Shown here one piece after another: positions 1 to 10,129 of a stretch of DNA of 64,000 nucleotides; the first letter of the stretch is position 1, and the number at the start of each line of letters is the position of its first letter. The notes below the pieces were generated by a model. The model was not told where the DNA came from. It saw nothing but the letters and a program-made list of their open reading frames with translations, and searched no databases. The DNA is from a virus, in the IMG/VR virus record IMGVR_UViG_3300044614_000912, positions 32,001-96,000 of that record. One strand, given 5' to 3'. Position numbers and translations under genes: made by a program.

Positions 1-3
1 ACT

Positions 4-291
4 ATGACCGAATTATTGACCTATTTAATATGCTGTTTAGGTGTATCTTATGGATGGAGCGACACAGAAGCTAGTCGCCCTATAAGAAATCAAATAGCAA
101 AATTACCTTATATTAATAAACCCTTATTATGCCACGAATGTTCTAGCTTTTGGATCAGCTTATTACTTAGCGTATTTATCAATCCATTGGAATCATACTG
201 TTGTCCAGTAGTTAGCAATGTGTTGAGTGCTTTCTGTGGATTCTTCGTTAACTTATATTTCACAAGAAAACAGATAATACCATACCTATAA
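4..291 (+). CDS. small membrane protein, DUF1360-like
   Basis: Hydrophobic segments flank a CxxCxSFW motif (CHECSSFW) resembling DUF1360 phage membrane proteins. Confidence 0.45.
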   Translation: MTELLTYLICCLGVSYGWSDTEASRPIRNQIAKLPYINKPLLCHECSSFWISLLLSVFINPLESYCCPVVSNVLSAFCGFFVNLYFTRKQIIPYL

Positions 292-301
292 GGAGACTAA
301 C

Positions 302-526
302 ATGGCGATAACAACAGTAGATGTAGTAACAAATGTGGTGAGTGGCAATGAATCCCAAAAAACTGGCACAGTAGTGGTATGCTGCCAAAGAACGGGTACA
401 TTTGATACTATCAACCCAACATACGAAAAGAATATATCTTATAATACCCTAGAAGACAGATATACCGATAGATTTGATGATGTAACATACTACACCGTTG
501 GCACTAACACAATAGTAGGTGGTTAA
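302..526 (+). CDS. hypothetical protein
   Basis: AGGAG RBS upstream, abuts the next gene, no recognisable motif. Confidence 0.6.
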   Translation: MAITTVDVVTNVVSGNESQKTGTVVVCCQRTGTFDTINPTYEKNISYNTLEDRYTDRFDDVTYYTVGTNTIVGG

Positions 527-2233
527 ATGAGTATTAAACGAATAAAAGACTTTCCAGATGGAAGCGGTTCATTGTCCAATGACGATATTATGTTATTTAT
601 GGATAGCCCATCTGGTAGTGGAGTTACTAAAAAAATCAGTCTTAGTCAATTAGCTACTGTTATCGGCGGTGGAGGTGGAAGTTCATTTGATCAAGATTTG
701 AATACAACAGATACCCCTACATTTGTTGGTGTAAATCTATCAAACGGAACCACTCTAGCTCAAGGAACTTTTGACAACTCAACTGGTGGTCAAAGTGGTA
801 TCAGTTTGAATTGTTATGTTGGCTATGAGTTGAATTGGCAAGGCGGTCATTTAAAAAGTACCACTGATGGAGGCTCAACAGCAGCTAACATTTGGTGTGA
901 TTCTTCATTAGAATTTCCCGGCGTCGGGACTTCTAACATGGAAGTCGGTGCCAAAGGATTAACTTTTCCAGACGGAAGCATCCAAGTAACATCTAGCGAT
1001 CCTATGACAAAAGGACCACAACAAAACCCACTTGGCATGGCCCGAATTGTAACAATTAGCACTAGCGAATTTGTTGCATACGTAAAATCTACAACCGGAT
1101 ATATTGGTGTCCGCTCATGGGATGGAACTTTTACTCTATTTGGCGACGGTTCCGACATTACTCATTACATTACATTAAGTATTCCATTAGAAGGTAGCTG
1201 GAGTGGTCCTTCTCCTAAAGAAATTTTTATTTGGAGTACTGATAGTAGCGGTCTAAGCCAAGACGGCGACTTAACATGGATAAATGTTAGCAATTCAAAT
1301 AATAAGGTTACTGCTCTAGACATTAGTGGCTTGAATGCACTTACTAATTTATATTGCGCTAATAACCTTCTCACATCGCTCAATCTCAGCGGATTGACAG
1401 CGCTTACTCGTCTAGAATGCAATAATAATTTTCTTACCGCATTGGATATTAGCGGTCTGACAGCATTAGATACTGTATTTTGTTATAACAACTCAATTAT
1501 TACTAGATTGAATGCGAAGGGAGCCACATCGCTGACCCATTTGCGTTGTTATAATAATTCCATCACATCGTTAGAACTTAGCGGAACAGCTTTAGAAATT
1601 CTATTGACCGATAGTAATGCCCTTGTCGAGTTAGATGTTAGTGAATTAACAACATTAGAGCAATTGTCATGTAATAATAATTCTCTTACCTCATTAAATG
1701 TAAGCGGATTAACATCACTAGGTTATTTAGACTGTTCTAATAATTCTCTCGCCACACTGAATGTCGGTGGATTGACAGTATTAGGTATTTTAAATTGCTC
1801 TAACAATTCCATTACTACATTGAATGTTAGTGGATTAACGTCACTAAGTAACTTAAATTGTTCAGATAATTCAATAACATCTATAAATGCAAGCGGGGCA
1901 ACTTCATTGAGTAGTCTAAATTGTGCTAATAATTTTATCGTTTCTCTAGACGTTAGCGGATTTACAGCGTTAACGACTCTATATTGTTCGGATAATTCCC
2001 TTACTTCGTTACGTGCTACTGGTGTTGCACTTGGAGGGTCTTCGGGCTATACATATGGATTGATTTATGGAGGAGATATAAGCGATAATTCTTTATCTGC
2101 GGGAGCTTTGAATCAATTCTATTCCGACCTTGCTTCAAGTGCTGGCTTTTTGAATGTTGCTAACAATCCCGGTACAAGTAGTGATAACCCCACTATTGCA
2201 ACAGCCAAGGGTTATACTGTCTACGGAAGTTAA
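527..2233 (+). CDS. leucine-rich repeat protein with virion-attachment-like N-terminus
   Basis: About 12 21-residue repeats LxxLxCxNNxLxxLxVSG (IRREKO/InlJ-type LRR) at ~1270-2020; N-terminus IKDFP...DDIMLFMD...TKKISL resembles tail-fibre anchor motifs. Confidence 0.85.
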   Translation: MSIKRIKDFPDGSGSLSNDDIMLFMDSPSGSGVTKKISLSQLATVIGGGGGSSFDQDLNTTDTPTFVGVNLSNGTTLAQGTFDNSTGGQSGISLNCYVGYELNWQGGHLKSTTDGGSTAANIWCDSSLEFPGVGTSNMEVGAKGLTFPDGSIQVTSSDPMTKGPQQNPLGMARIVTISTSEFVAYVKSTTGYIGVRSWDGTFTLFGDGSDITHYITLSIPLEGSWSGPSPKEIFIWSTDSSGLSQDGDLTWINVSNSNNKVTALDISGLNALTNLYCANNLLTSLNLSGLTALTRLECNNNFLTALDISGLTALDTVFCYNNSIITRLNAKGATSLTHLRCYNNSITSLELSGTALEILLTDSNALVELDVSELTTLEQLSCNNNSLTSLNVSGLTSLGYLDCSNNSLATLNVGGLTVLGILNCSNNSITTLNVSGLTSLSNLNCSDNSITSINASGATSLSSLNCANNFIVSLDVSGFTALTTLYCSDNSLTSLRATGVALGGSSGYTYGLIYGGDISDNSLSAGALNQFYSDLASSAGFLNVANNPGTSSDNPTIATAKGYTVYGS

Positions 2234-2245
2234 TCATTACAACAA

Positions 2246-3121
2246 ATGGAGTCTATATTTATGTATTTTATTACACCACTTTATTCTGTTGCATTTAATG
2301 CAAAAGTAGCTTCTAGTACATTATCACGCGCTATTATCGCCACATTTTATCCAGAACAAGAATCGACAATTCAAAACGCTGCTTATCCTGCGGGAAAAGG
2401 ACCGGACAATACTCAGGCTCATTGGCTTTGCCCACGCGAAGAAAAACCTAGCAAGCCAATAGTTCTTATAATTCGAAATCCAATTTCACGTTTTTGCTCT
2501 GCAATGGCAGAGGCAGGCTTAACTGATGTTAATGCCGTTTTGAATGCACTTGAACAAGATAAAGAAATTAAATTTCGAAAAGTATCTCGCAAAATACGAA
2601 CAGACGTTCATTTTAAACATCAATTCACATTTGCTCAACCTTCCGCGAAGGTTTTTAAATTGGAAGACCTTAATTCAGCTGCGGCTTATATTGGTTTAAC
2701 ATTACCTCTTCCCGTTATTAATGAGGCGTCCGAAGAAAAACCCACACTAACTCCAGAACAAGAATCCAGAGTAATAGCTTATTATTCTGAAGATCAATCT
2801 CTTTATGAAGCTATTCCAAATAATGGCATGGACTACACTTATGTTCCTCCATCGCCAGAGCCAATTATTTTACCCGTACCTCAAAGCATCACAGCAACCC
2901 AAATTCGCCTTTGGTTGATACGTAATGGAATAACAATGGGACAAATTACCGATGCTATTTCTGCCATTGTTGATTCTCAAACAAGATCAGAAGCAGAAGT
3001 ATTGTGGGAATATGCGCCGTATGTTGAAAGAACAAATCCGCTCGTAGCACTTATCGCGTCTAACTTCAGCATGGATAATGATACAATTGATCAAGCGTTC
3101 CGAGAGGCTGCTAAATTATAA
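2246..3121 (+). CDS. sulfotransferase (Sulfotransfer_2-like) fused to a phage tail-associated C-terminal domain
   Basis: PAPS-binding-like motifs NAKVASSTL and IIRNPISRFCSA, plus HFKHQ, KLEDL, YSEDQSLY; C-terminal VPQSITATQIRLWL...WEYA...IDQAFREAAKL typical of small genes beside tail fibres. Confidence 0.65.
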   Translation: MESIFMYFITPLYSVAFNAKVASSTLSRAIIATFYPEQESTIQNAAYPAGKGPDNTQAHWLCPREEKPSKPIVLIIRNPISRFCSAMAEAGLTDVNAVLNALEQDKEIKFRKVSRKIRTDVHFKHQFTFAQPSAKVFKLEDLNSAAAYIGLTLPLPVINEASEEKPTLTPEQESRVIAYYSEDQSLYEAIPNNGMDYTYVPPSPEPIILPVPQSITATQIRLWLIRNGITMGQITDAISAIVDSQTRSEAEVLWEYAPYVERTNPLVALIASNFSMDNDTIDQAFREAAKL

Positions 3122-3142
3122 AATCTAATTAAAAGGTATTTT

Positions 3143-3814
3143 ATGGCTAATGTAATTAAAATAACCGAACTCCCATCAGCAACATCTATAACTAGCGATG
3201 ATCTATTAGTTATAGTTGATAGTGGTAATCCATATGTAACAAAAAAGATTAGTTGGAAAGACATTGATTCTCCACAAGATGGGATCATTTATGGAAGAAA
3301 AGATGGCAATTGGATTGATATGACTAGCCCCGCTAATTTACAAATCAGAAGAGGGACGGCGGCAGAAGTGGGAGCAATCACCCCGCTACAGGGTGAACCA
3401 GTATGGAAAACCGATGAAAAGTCATTAGTTGTTGGAGATGGTCAGACCGCTGGAGGAATTGTTGTCGGCCCAAAGGCAGCAAAAACAATTTTAAATTTGA
3501 GTGGATTTACAAATGCAACAATACCAATAACTACTACTATACCTCCCGATATAATAAGGCTATCAGCAACATTTCCATTCGATTTATGGGCAATAACTGC
3601 CCCAAATGCTTGTTATGAAATATTATTAATAAATGTTGGCTCTGTAACAGTAACAATAAAACATCATACGGCAACTTATGGGGGAAACCCAGCCTTTACA
3701 CCTATTGCTGTAGATCGAATTATTACACCAAATGGTTCCAATTACACGCTAGCCGCAGCGTATTCTGTTAGATTAATATACGATACTGTTACTCAGAGAT
3801 GGAGAATAACTTGA
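3143..3814 (+). CDS. tail fibre/decoration protein with major-tropism-determinant-like N-terminal module
   Basis: KITELPSATSITSDDLLVIVD anchor motif; LQIRRGTAAE...PLQGEP...TDEKSLVVGDGQTAGG is the MTD-N/hyaluronidase-N motif. Confidence 0.7.
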   Translation: MANVIKITELPSATSITSDDLLVIVDSGNPYVTKKISWKDIDSPQDGIIYGRKDGNWIDMTSPANLQIRRGTAAEVGAITPLQGEPVWKTDEKSLVVGDGQTAGGIVVGPKAAKTILNLSGFTNATIPITTTIPPDIIRLSATFPFDLWAITAPNACYEILLINVGSVTVTIKHHTATYGGNPAFTPIAVDRIITPNGSNYTLAAAYSVRLIYDTVTQRWRIT

Positions 3815-5049
3815 TGGCTGTGCTTGATGCTGTAAATCATCCAATAAATTGTGGTTTAGCAAACTCTACCTTTACTAGACAATTTGAGAAACAAACTATC
3901 TCAAATAGGTCTTTTGATATAGAGGCCATAGAAAAAAAACGAATTACCTCTGCTGGTTCATCTTCTACCATAACTGTAAATGATAAATCAGTTTTACGAA
4001 ATGTTAGCACAGCATATGTAACTGATTTCATTGTGAAACTCATAAATAGAATACCATCTAATAATACTATAACTTTCTCTTCGGATAATCCCACAGTCTT
4101 GTCGCACCCTGTAGAATCTAATATCGACACACAAATTGCTACCTATCAATCAAATGGAAATTGCACATTAAGAGTTACTTCTAATAATGGCGAGGTATCA
4201 TTAATTAATGTCACTACATCTAGCGCATCGTCTGCAACGGTTGATACCTTTTTAAATTGGGTAACAAATTCTTTAGCTTTGCATTGTGAGCAGCAAATAG
4301 ATTCTCGTTTATCTGGCGATATGACAGTTTATTCATCGCAGGATTCTATCAACGGTAACACTTTTATACGTAATCAAAATTGTTGGATTAGTGATATAGA
4401 TTTAACTTGTATTTCTCCTTGGAATAGTACAGGTCGAAACACTATGGGTGGCACTTTGATCAGTCGTAGACATGTTTTATTTTGCGAACATCTTAACTTT
4501 CGTCCAGAAATCGGAGCTACTATTAAATTTGTAACTTCTGACAATACTGTTATATCTCGCACAATTACAAACAGATTGACACACCCATCTTATGTTCCAT
4601 ACTATCCAGATATCTGCATAGGAGTATTAGATTCTGATGTTCCCTTATCAATTTCTTTTGCTAAAGTCCTTCCATCAAATTGGCGAACATATTTACCTTC
4701 CCTTTCAACATCTTCTAGTATACCCGTTTTAAGACTAAATCAAAACGAAAGGGCAAGTGTGGCAAATTGGCGAGGTTCATTCGGCAATTTGGGGTCATTT
4801 TTTTTACAATACCCATCTTCTACCTTGAGACAATCATACTATGAAAACATAATCACGGGGGATTCGGGTAATCCGGTCTTATTAATAATTGATGGAGATT
4901 TGGTAGTTCTTGGAACATTTACTTCTGGAGGTGCTGGCGGCGGAACTCTAGTAAGTGACCACATAACTGCTATTAATACTATGATGACTACTTTGGGTGG
5001 CGGTTATCAACTCACACAAATCGATCTTTCTAGTTTCAACTCATATTAA
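3814..5049 (+). CDS. trypsin-like serine protease (probably virion-associated)
   Basis: Catalytic triad contexts GGTLISRRHVLFCEH, PDICIGVL, GDSGNP; start placed at ATG 3814 (TGATG overlap, GGAG RBS). Confidence 0.8.
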   Translation: MAVLDAVNHPINCGLANSTFTRQFEKQTISNRSFDIEAIEKKRITSAGSSSTITVNDKSVLRNVSTAYVTDFIVKLINRIPSNNTITFSSDNPTVLSHPVESNIDTQIATYQSNGNCTLRVTSNNGEVSLINVTTSSASSATVDTFLNWVTNSLALHCEQQIDSRLSGDMTVYSSQDSINGNTFIRNQNCWISDIDLTCISPWNSTGRNTMGGTLISRRHVLFCEHLNFRPEIGATIKFVTSDNTVISRTITNRLTHPSYVPYYPDICIGVLDSDVPLSISFAKVLPSNWRTYLPSLSTSSSIPVLRLNQNERASVANWRGSFGNLGSFFLQYPSSTLRQSYYENIITGDSGNPVLLIIDGDLVVLGTFTSGGAGGGTLVSDHITAINTMMTTLGGGYQLTQIDLSSFNSY

Positions 5050-5061
5050 GGGTAAATTACA

Positions 5062-5388
5062 ATGAAAAAATATATGCTATTATTAGTACTGATATTAACT
5101 GGATGCTCAAATAATATGTTTTGTGTCAATCCAGAAGATATAACTAATATGTACTCTTCTTATGTAAACGAATGGCAAGAAAAGGCAAAAACATCATTTG
5201 ATAAAGCGGAAGCCGAGGTCTTCGTTATTAAACCCAAGCCAGACGATGTTGTTGGTCCAAATCCAGATGTATCAAAGTGCGTTTGTAAAGGCACTGGTAT
5301 AATAGTACAGGGAGATGGACACAAAACACCATGCCCGTTTCATCACAAAGGCGATATTCCATCGCAAAAACTTCCTGTTAGAAAATGA
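5062..5388 (+). CDS. lipoprotein with Cys-rich C-terminal motif
   Basis: Signal peptide with lipobox ILTGC; C-terminal CVCKGTG...GDG...CPFH. Confidence 0.65.
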   Translation: MKKYMLLLVLILTGCSNNMFCVNPEDITNMYSSYVNEWQEKAKTSFDKAEAEVFVIKPKPDDVVGPNPDVSKCVCKGTGIIVQGDGHKTPCPFHHKGDIPSQKLPVRK

Positions 5389-5397
5389 GAGGATAAA

Positions 5398-5688
5398 ATG
5401 TCAATTAATTATTTGATTTACGGATTATTAGCCATAGGATGTTTAACTATTTTATCAAACTTTCTTGATGCTAAATGGATTATAGCCAAGCTTTTTGCTA
5501 AAAAGATAAAACCACTCGCAGTATCAAAAGACTCAACGAGTAAAGAAGCAGATTTTTTACATATCATTTCTCTATGGTATCAATTAAAAGAACAATGCGA
5601 CCGATGCAAATTAAAAATAGCATCAGAGAAACTAGATGAGGTTTTTCCTCTACTAAATGGAGTGCTAGATGATGAACAAGATATTTAA
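5398..5688 (+). CDS. small membrane protein
   Basis: N-terminal TM helix, GAGGA RBS. Confidence 0.6.
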   Translation: MSINYLIYGLLAIGCLTILSNFLDAKWIIAKLFAKKIKPLAVSKDSTSKEADFLHIISLWYQLKEQCDRCKLKIASEKLDEVFPLLNGVLDDEQDI

Positions 5689-6136
5689 TATTAGAACAGC
5701 TATAGGTTTAGCTTGTATTATTGCTGCATTAGTATTAGCGTACAAGCCGTCAATAGGTCCACGCCCAATAGAAAATGATCTGTCGGTTTTAAACATAGAA
5801 AAACCGTCTGATGATATTCTACAAATTGTAACCCCTATGGCTCAAGCAATTACTGATCCAACAGACAAAGCCAAGTTGGCAATTTTTAATCAAGAATTCT
5901 CAACAAGACTTCTTAAATATGATACCGATATACAAAAACTTAATGATGTTTATGTTCTAGCGGCCTCAACTTTTTTTGAAGACTCATTAAAAAATAAGTA
6001 TGATAACTTAGACACAAATATTATCAAGCTTATTGAACTAGTTACTACAGACGAAAATCATACGATTACTCCAGAAGAGAAAGAAAAAATCTCAAAGAAT
6101 TTTCTAGGATTCTCTTGGGCTTTAATTTACAGGTAA
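5669..6136 (+). CDS. signal-anchored hypothetical protein
   Basis: N-terminal hydrophobic helix followed by a helical soluble domain. Confidence 0.6.
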   Translation: MMNKIFNIRTAIGLACIIAALVLAYKPSIGPRPIENDLSVLNIEKPSDDILQIVTPMAQAITDPTDKAKLAIFNQEFSTRLLKYDTDIQKLNDVYVLAASTFFEDSLKNKYDNLDTNIIKLIELVTTDENHTITPEEKEKISKNFLGFSWALIYR

Positions 6137-6140
6137 AACT

Positions 6141-6770
6141 ATGAAAATACAGATTCAACAAATCAGAGATATAATAGATTCCATATTTTCTAACTCTGGT
6201 TATAACATAAAGAATCTAAATCTACAATTCCCACACCCTCTGGATATGAAAATAACCAGAAACAATGAGGATATTACATTAACCTTTACGCAGTCTATGC
6301 CAAAGGTGACATGGAAGAAATTCATCTCTTTGTCTGCTAGAATTATTGGTATCACGCTTGGAGAAACCGGTGGAGTTCTAAAATTAAAATATTTACCAGA
6401 TATAACGTTTTCTTATGATGATTCATCAACAGAACAATTATTTGGTAAGTCATATAATTTTTACGACATAGAAGAAGATATCTATTCAGAATATGAGGAT
6501 GAAGAAAGTCGCATCGTGGCAAAAAAGTGCTTGCACTATGCGTCTGAATGGGCTACAATAGCAAGTCAAGGATGTGATTTTGCTTCCGCAACTCCTATCA
6601 CAAGAAGAAAGCTCAAAAAAGATTGCAAACAGTTTGTAATGGATAACATCAAAAATGATCCAGAAATTCAAGCTGGATCGGTTATCCTAACATTTTTGTT
6701 TTTCTATGTTGTTCTTCCTGTGATTTTGAAGTTTATACTTGAAAGGCTATTCAAAAAGCTTTTCAACTGA
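6141..6770 (+). CDS. hypothetical protein with C-terminal TM helix
   Basis: VILTFLFFYVVLPVILKFIL followed by a basic tail. Confidence 0.6.
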   Translation: MKIQIQQIRDIIDSIFSNSGYNIKNLNLQFPHPLDMKITRNNEDITLTFTQSMPKVTWKKFISLSARIIGITLGETGGVLKLKYLPDITFSYDDSSTEQLFGKSYNFYDIEEDIYSEYEDEESRIVAKKCLHYASEWATIASQGCDFASATPITRRKLKKDCKQFVMDNIKNDPEIQAGSVILTFLFFYVVLPVILKFILERLFKKLFN

Positions 6771-6811
6771 TATTGATTTCGACAAAACAATTTATTTAGA
6801 GGGGATACTAT

Positions 6812-9040
6812 ATGCAGGTTCAGAAGAGGAACGGCAGTCTTGAGGCATATACCGTAGAAAAGATTCATAAGGTAGTAGAGTGGGCGATTAGTGGTATAAA
6901 TAATGTTTCTTGGTCAGATATTGAAATGAATGCCAAGCTCTCTCTAAGAGATGGCATAACCACTCAAGAGATTCATCAGATTTTAATCAAGTCTGCTAAT
7001 GATCTTACTTCTCCTAGCAAGCCCAACTATCAGTATGTTGCGTCAAGACTCTTAAACATGTCTCTTCGCAAAGACCTATGGGAAAAGTACGATAACCCGC
7101 CATCACTTTACAGTCATATCTCTTCAAATATAGAGGATGGCATATACGACGAAACCCTATTAACAAAGTGGAGCAAATCTGATATAGAGAAAATCGAACA
7201 GGCCATTGATCACGACAGAGATTACCTATTTACCTACGCTGGATTGCAGCAACTAATAGATAAATATCTTGTAAAAAATAGGTCAACGGGCAAAATATAT
7301 GAAACCCCACAATTTGCATACATCTGTATTGCACTATCTTTATTTAACACAATTGAAGAAGTTGAAGAAGCATATGAATGTTTTTCTACATTCAAGATCA
7401 ATCTACCCACCCCAATCATGGCTGGCGTAAGAACTAAAATTAAACAATTTGCCAGTTGCGTTCTCGTAGATGTTGAGGATGATTTAGGCTCTATCTTTTC
7501 TAGCGTTCATGCCGTGGGAAAGTATACAGCAAGAAGGGCTGGAATTGGACTAAATATTGGGAGAATACGACCTATCAATTCAAGTATTCGCGGCGGTGAA
7601 GTAATACACACCGGTCTTATCCCATACTTAAAGATATTTGAGTCTACCGTAAAGGCCACAAGTCAAAATGGAATTCGTGGAGGATCAGCGACGGTTCACA
7701 TTCCCTTTTGGCACTATGAGATAGAAGATATTGTGGCATTAAAGAATAATGCAGGAACAGACGATAATAGAGTAAGAAAGCTCGACTATTCCGTTCAATT
7801 CAATAAGCTATTCTATGAACGTCTAATTAAGAATGAGGATATTACCCTATTCAGTCCAGAAGAAACTGGTGGGCTGTATAGTTCAATGAATGACAATGAA
7901 GACTTCAAAAAGCTTTATGAAAAGTATGAAAATAGCAGATACGTAAAGATGAAGAAAAAGATTAGTGCCAGAAAGTTAGCAGAAATCTTTGCCAAGGAAA
8001 GACTAGAAACTGGTCGCATTTATGTTATGAATATTGATAATGCCAATGAGCATGGCTCTTGGTCAGTTCCTGTCTATATGAGCAATCTATGTCAAGAAAT
8101 TATTCATCCGACAATACCCATTCATTCCATTGATGATCCAAACGGAGAAATTGGTATTTGTATTTTGTCTGCTTTAAATCTATTAGAGCTAGAATCCGAC
8201 GATGATATAGAGCAAGCTTGTTCAATTGCAGTAAGAACGTTGGAATCAATTATTGACTACCAAGATTATCCTGTTCTTGCTGGAGAAAACTTTACAAAAA
8301 ATAGAAGATCGTTAGGTATCGGCATTACTAATTTTGCTGGATACTTGGCGAAGAACAAATTAAAATATGATGATCCAGAGACTCTCAAATTAGTTCATGA
8401 GACTATGGAAAAAATACAATGGCATTTACTCAACGAATCTTGCAAATTAGCAGAAAAATTGGGTCCATGCAATAAGTTTGCGGAAACAAAATATGCCAAT
8501 GGCTTGCTACCAATAGATTGGTACAAAAAAACAGTTGACGAACTTGTGACCCCGCAGTATACTATGGATTGGGAGAGTCTAAGGCAGAGAATATCAAAGC
8601 ATGGGCTAAGACACTCTACCCTTACTGCCATCATGCCTTGTGAATCTTCTAGCGTCATTCAGAATAGCACTAATGGAATAGAACCAGTAAGAAGCCTTAT
8701 GTCATATAAGAAGGCAAAAAACGGAGTTCTAAAACAGCTAGTGCCAAATTATGCCTCTAGAAAAAACTATTATACCCTAGCGTGGGAAATGGAAGACAAC
8801 AAGGCGATTTTAAATATTTGTGCGGTCTTGCAGAAATTTGTCGATATGAGTATTAGCGTCAATCTATATTACAATTATTCCCATTATCCTGACGGCAATA
8901 TTCCGTTGAGTATTTTGATCAAAGATCAAATTTACGGGTATAAATATGGTGTGAAGAACTTTTATTACTGCAATACTCCTGACGGTGACGGTCAAACAGA
9001 AAAGTCTTCGGGTTGTGAATCCGGTTCTTGTGCAATATAA
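6812..9040 (+). CDS. nrdA: ribonucleotide reductase class Ia alpha subunit
   Basis: N-terminal ATP cone (VQKRNG), QFASC, NLCQEI, MPCESSS, FYY pair, C-terminal CESGSC. Confidence 0.98.
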   Translation: MQVQKRNGSLEAYTVEKIHKVVEWAISGINNVSWSDIEMNAKLSLRDGITTQEIHQILIKSANDLTSPSKPNYQYVASRLLNMSLRKDLWEKYDNPPSLYSHISSNIEDGIYDETLLTKWSKSDIEKIEQAIDHDRDYLFTYAGLQQLIDKYLVKNRSTGKIYETPQFAYICIALSLFNTIEEVEEAYECFSTFKINLPTPIMAGVRTKIKQFASCVLVDVEDDLGSIFSSVHAVGKYTARRAGIGLNIGRIRPINSSIRGGEVIHTGLIPYLKIFESTVKATSQNGIRGGSATVHIPFWHYEIEDIVALKNNAGTDDNRVRKLDYSVQFNKLFYERLIKNEDITLFSPEETGGLYSSMNDNEDFKKLYEKYENSRYVKMKKKISARKLAEIFAKERLETGRIYVMNIDNANEHGSWSVPVYMSNLCQEIIHPTIPIHSIDDPNGEIGICILSALNLLELESDDDIEQACSIAVRTLESIIDYQDYPVLAGENFTKNRRSLGIGITNFAGYLAKNKLKYDDPETLKLVHETMEKIQWHLLNESCKLAEKLGPCNKFAETKYANGLLPIDWYKKTVDELVTPQYTMDWESLRQRISKHGLRHSTLTAIMPCESSSVIQNSTNGIEPVRSLMSYKKAKNGVLKQLVPNYASRKNYYTLAWEMEDNKAILNICAVLQKFVDMSISVNLYYNYSHYPDGNIPLSILIKDQIYGYKYGVKNFYYCNTPDGDGQTEKSSGCESGSCAI

Positions 9041-9049
9041 GGAGTACAT

Positions 9050-10129
9050 ATGAAAACAATACTAAATAAGCATAACGTTGATTACTTGGCACAACCCCTT
9101 TTCTTGGGAGAAGACCTGTCCCTACAGAGATATGACAAGTTCAAATATCCTGTATTCTTTGATTTATACAAAAAACAGCTAGAATTCTTTTGGAGGCCAG
9201 AAGAAATAGAGCTGAAGAAAGATCGTAACGATTTCAAAAATGACGATGTAATGTCAGAAAATGAGCGTTTCATCTTTACATCCAATTTAAAATACCAAAC
9301 AATGATGGATAGCGTAATCTGTCGTGGAGTTCCTACGCTAACAGAATATGTTTCTAATCCAGAATTAGAAGCATGTATGAACGTATGGCAATTCTTTGAA
9401 CAAATTCATAGCTACAGTTACACATATATCATCAAGAACGTTTATAGCAATCCAAGCGAAATATTAGATAGCTGCTTAACAGATAAAGAAATTCTAAAAC
9501 GAGCCAATGTGGCTATCAAAGAATATAACGCCCTGAGAGAAATAGGACATTCCGGCAAGCTTAAAGACATTAAAAAGCAGATTTACCTAACTCTCGTAAG
9601 CGTTAATATACTTGAAGCTGTTCGTTTTTATGTCTCTTTTATTTGTGCATTTGCATTTGCTGAAAATAAGAAAATGATAGGCAATGCCGATATTATTAAA
9701 TTGATCAAACGTGATGAGGCTTTACATCTTTATAATACCCAAGAGATTCTTAAGATTTTACATACCAATCCAGACGAAGGATTTGTAAAGATCGCAGAAG
9801 AGTGCCAAGAAGATGCGGTGAAAATGTTTGAATCAGCCGCTACAGAGGAAAAGGCTTGGTCAGAATATCTCTTTAAAGATGGGTCAATTATTGGCTTAAA
9901 TGAAAAGGTCATGGCCGACTATATAGATTGGCTTTGTATGACCAGAAGAAAAAATATTGGCCTACCATATGATAAGGGTTGCAGAAATCCCATCGCTGGA
10001 TGGACCGATCCTTGGATGAATAGTGAGTCTGTACAGGTAGCACCGCAGGAACACGAAATTACTTCATACAAAATTGGTGCTAGCAAGAACGATCTTGAAG
10101 ATACTGACTTTGGAGGAATCGAACTATGA
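9050..10129 (+). CDS. nrdB: ribonucleotide reductase class Ia beta subunit
   Basis: FFWRPEE, EQIHSYSY (radical Tyr), EAVRFYVSF, RDEALH, VAPQE. Confidence 0.98.
   Translation: MKTILNKHNVDYLAQPLFLGEDLSLQRYDKFKYPVFFDLYKKQLEFFWRPEEIELKKDRNDFKNDDVMSENERFIFTSNLKYQTMMDSVICRGVPTLTEYVSNPELEACMNVWQFFEQIHSYSYTYIIKNVYSNPSEILDSCLTDKEILKRANVAIKEYNALREIGHSGKLKDIKKQIYLTLVSVNILEAVRFYVSFICAFAFAENKKMIGNADIIKLIKRDEALHLYNTQEILKILHTNPDEGFVKIAEECQEDAVKMFESAATEEKAWSEYLFKDGSIIGLNEKVMADYIDWLCMTRRKNIGLPYDKGCRNPIAGWTDPWMNSESVQVAPQEHEITSYKIGASKNDLEDTDFGGIEL

Noticed and set aside
1270-2020. 63-bp periodic DNA repeats resembling an array
   Set aside because: Degenerate coding repeats of the LRR, not CRISPR or a non-coding array
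3143-3814. Diversity-generating retroelement suggested by the MTD-like motif
   Set aside because: Only the N-terminal structural module is present; no reverse transcriptase, C-type lectin variable region or template repeat seen
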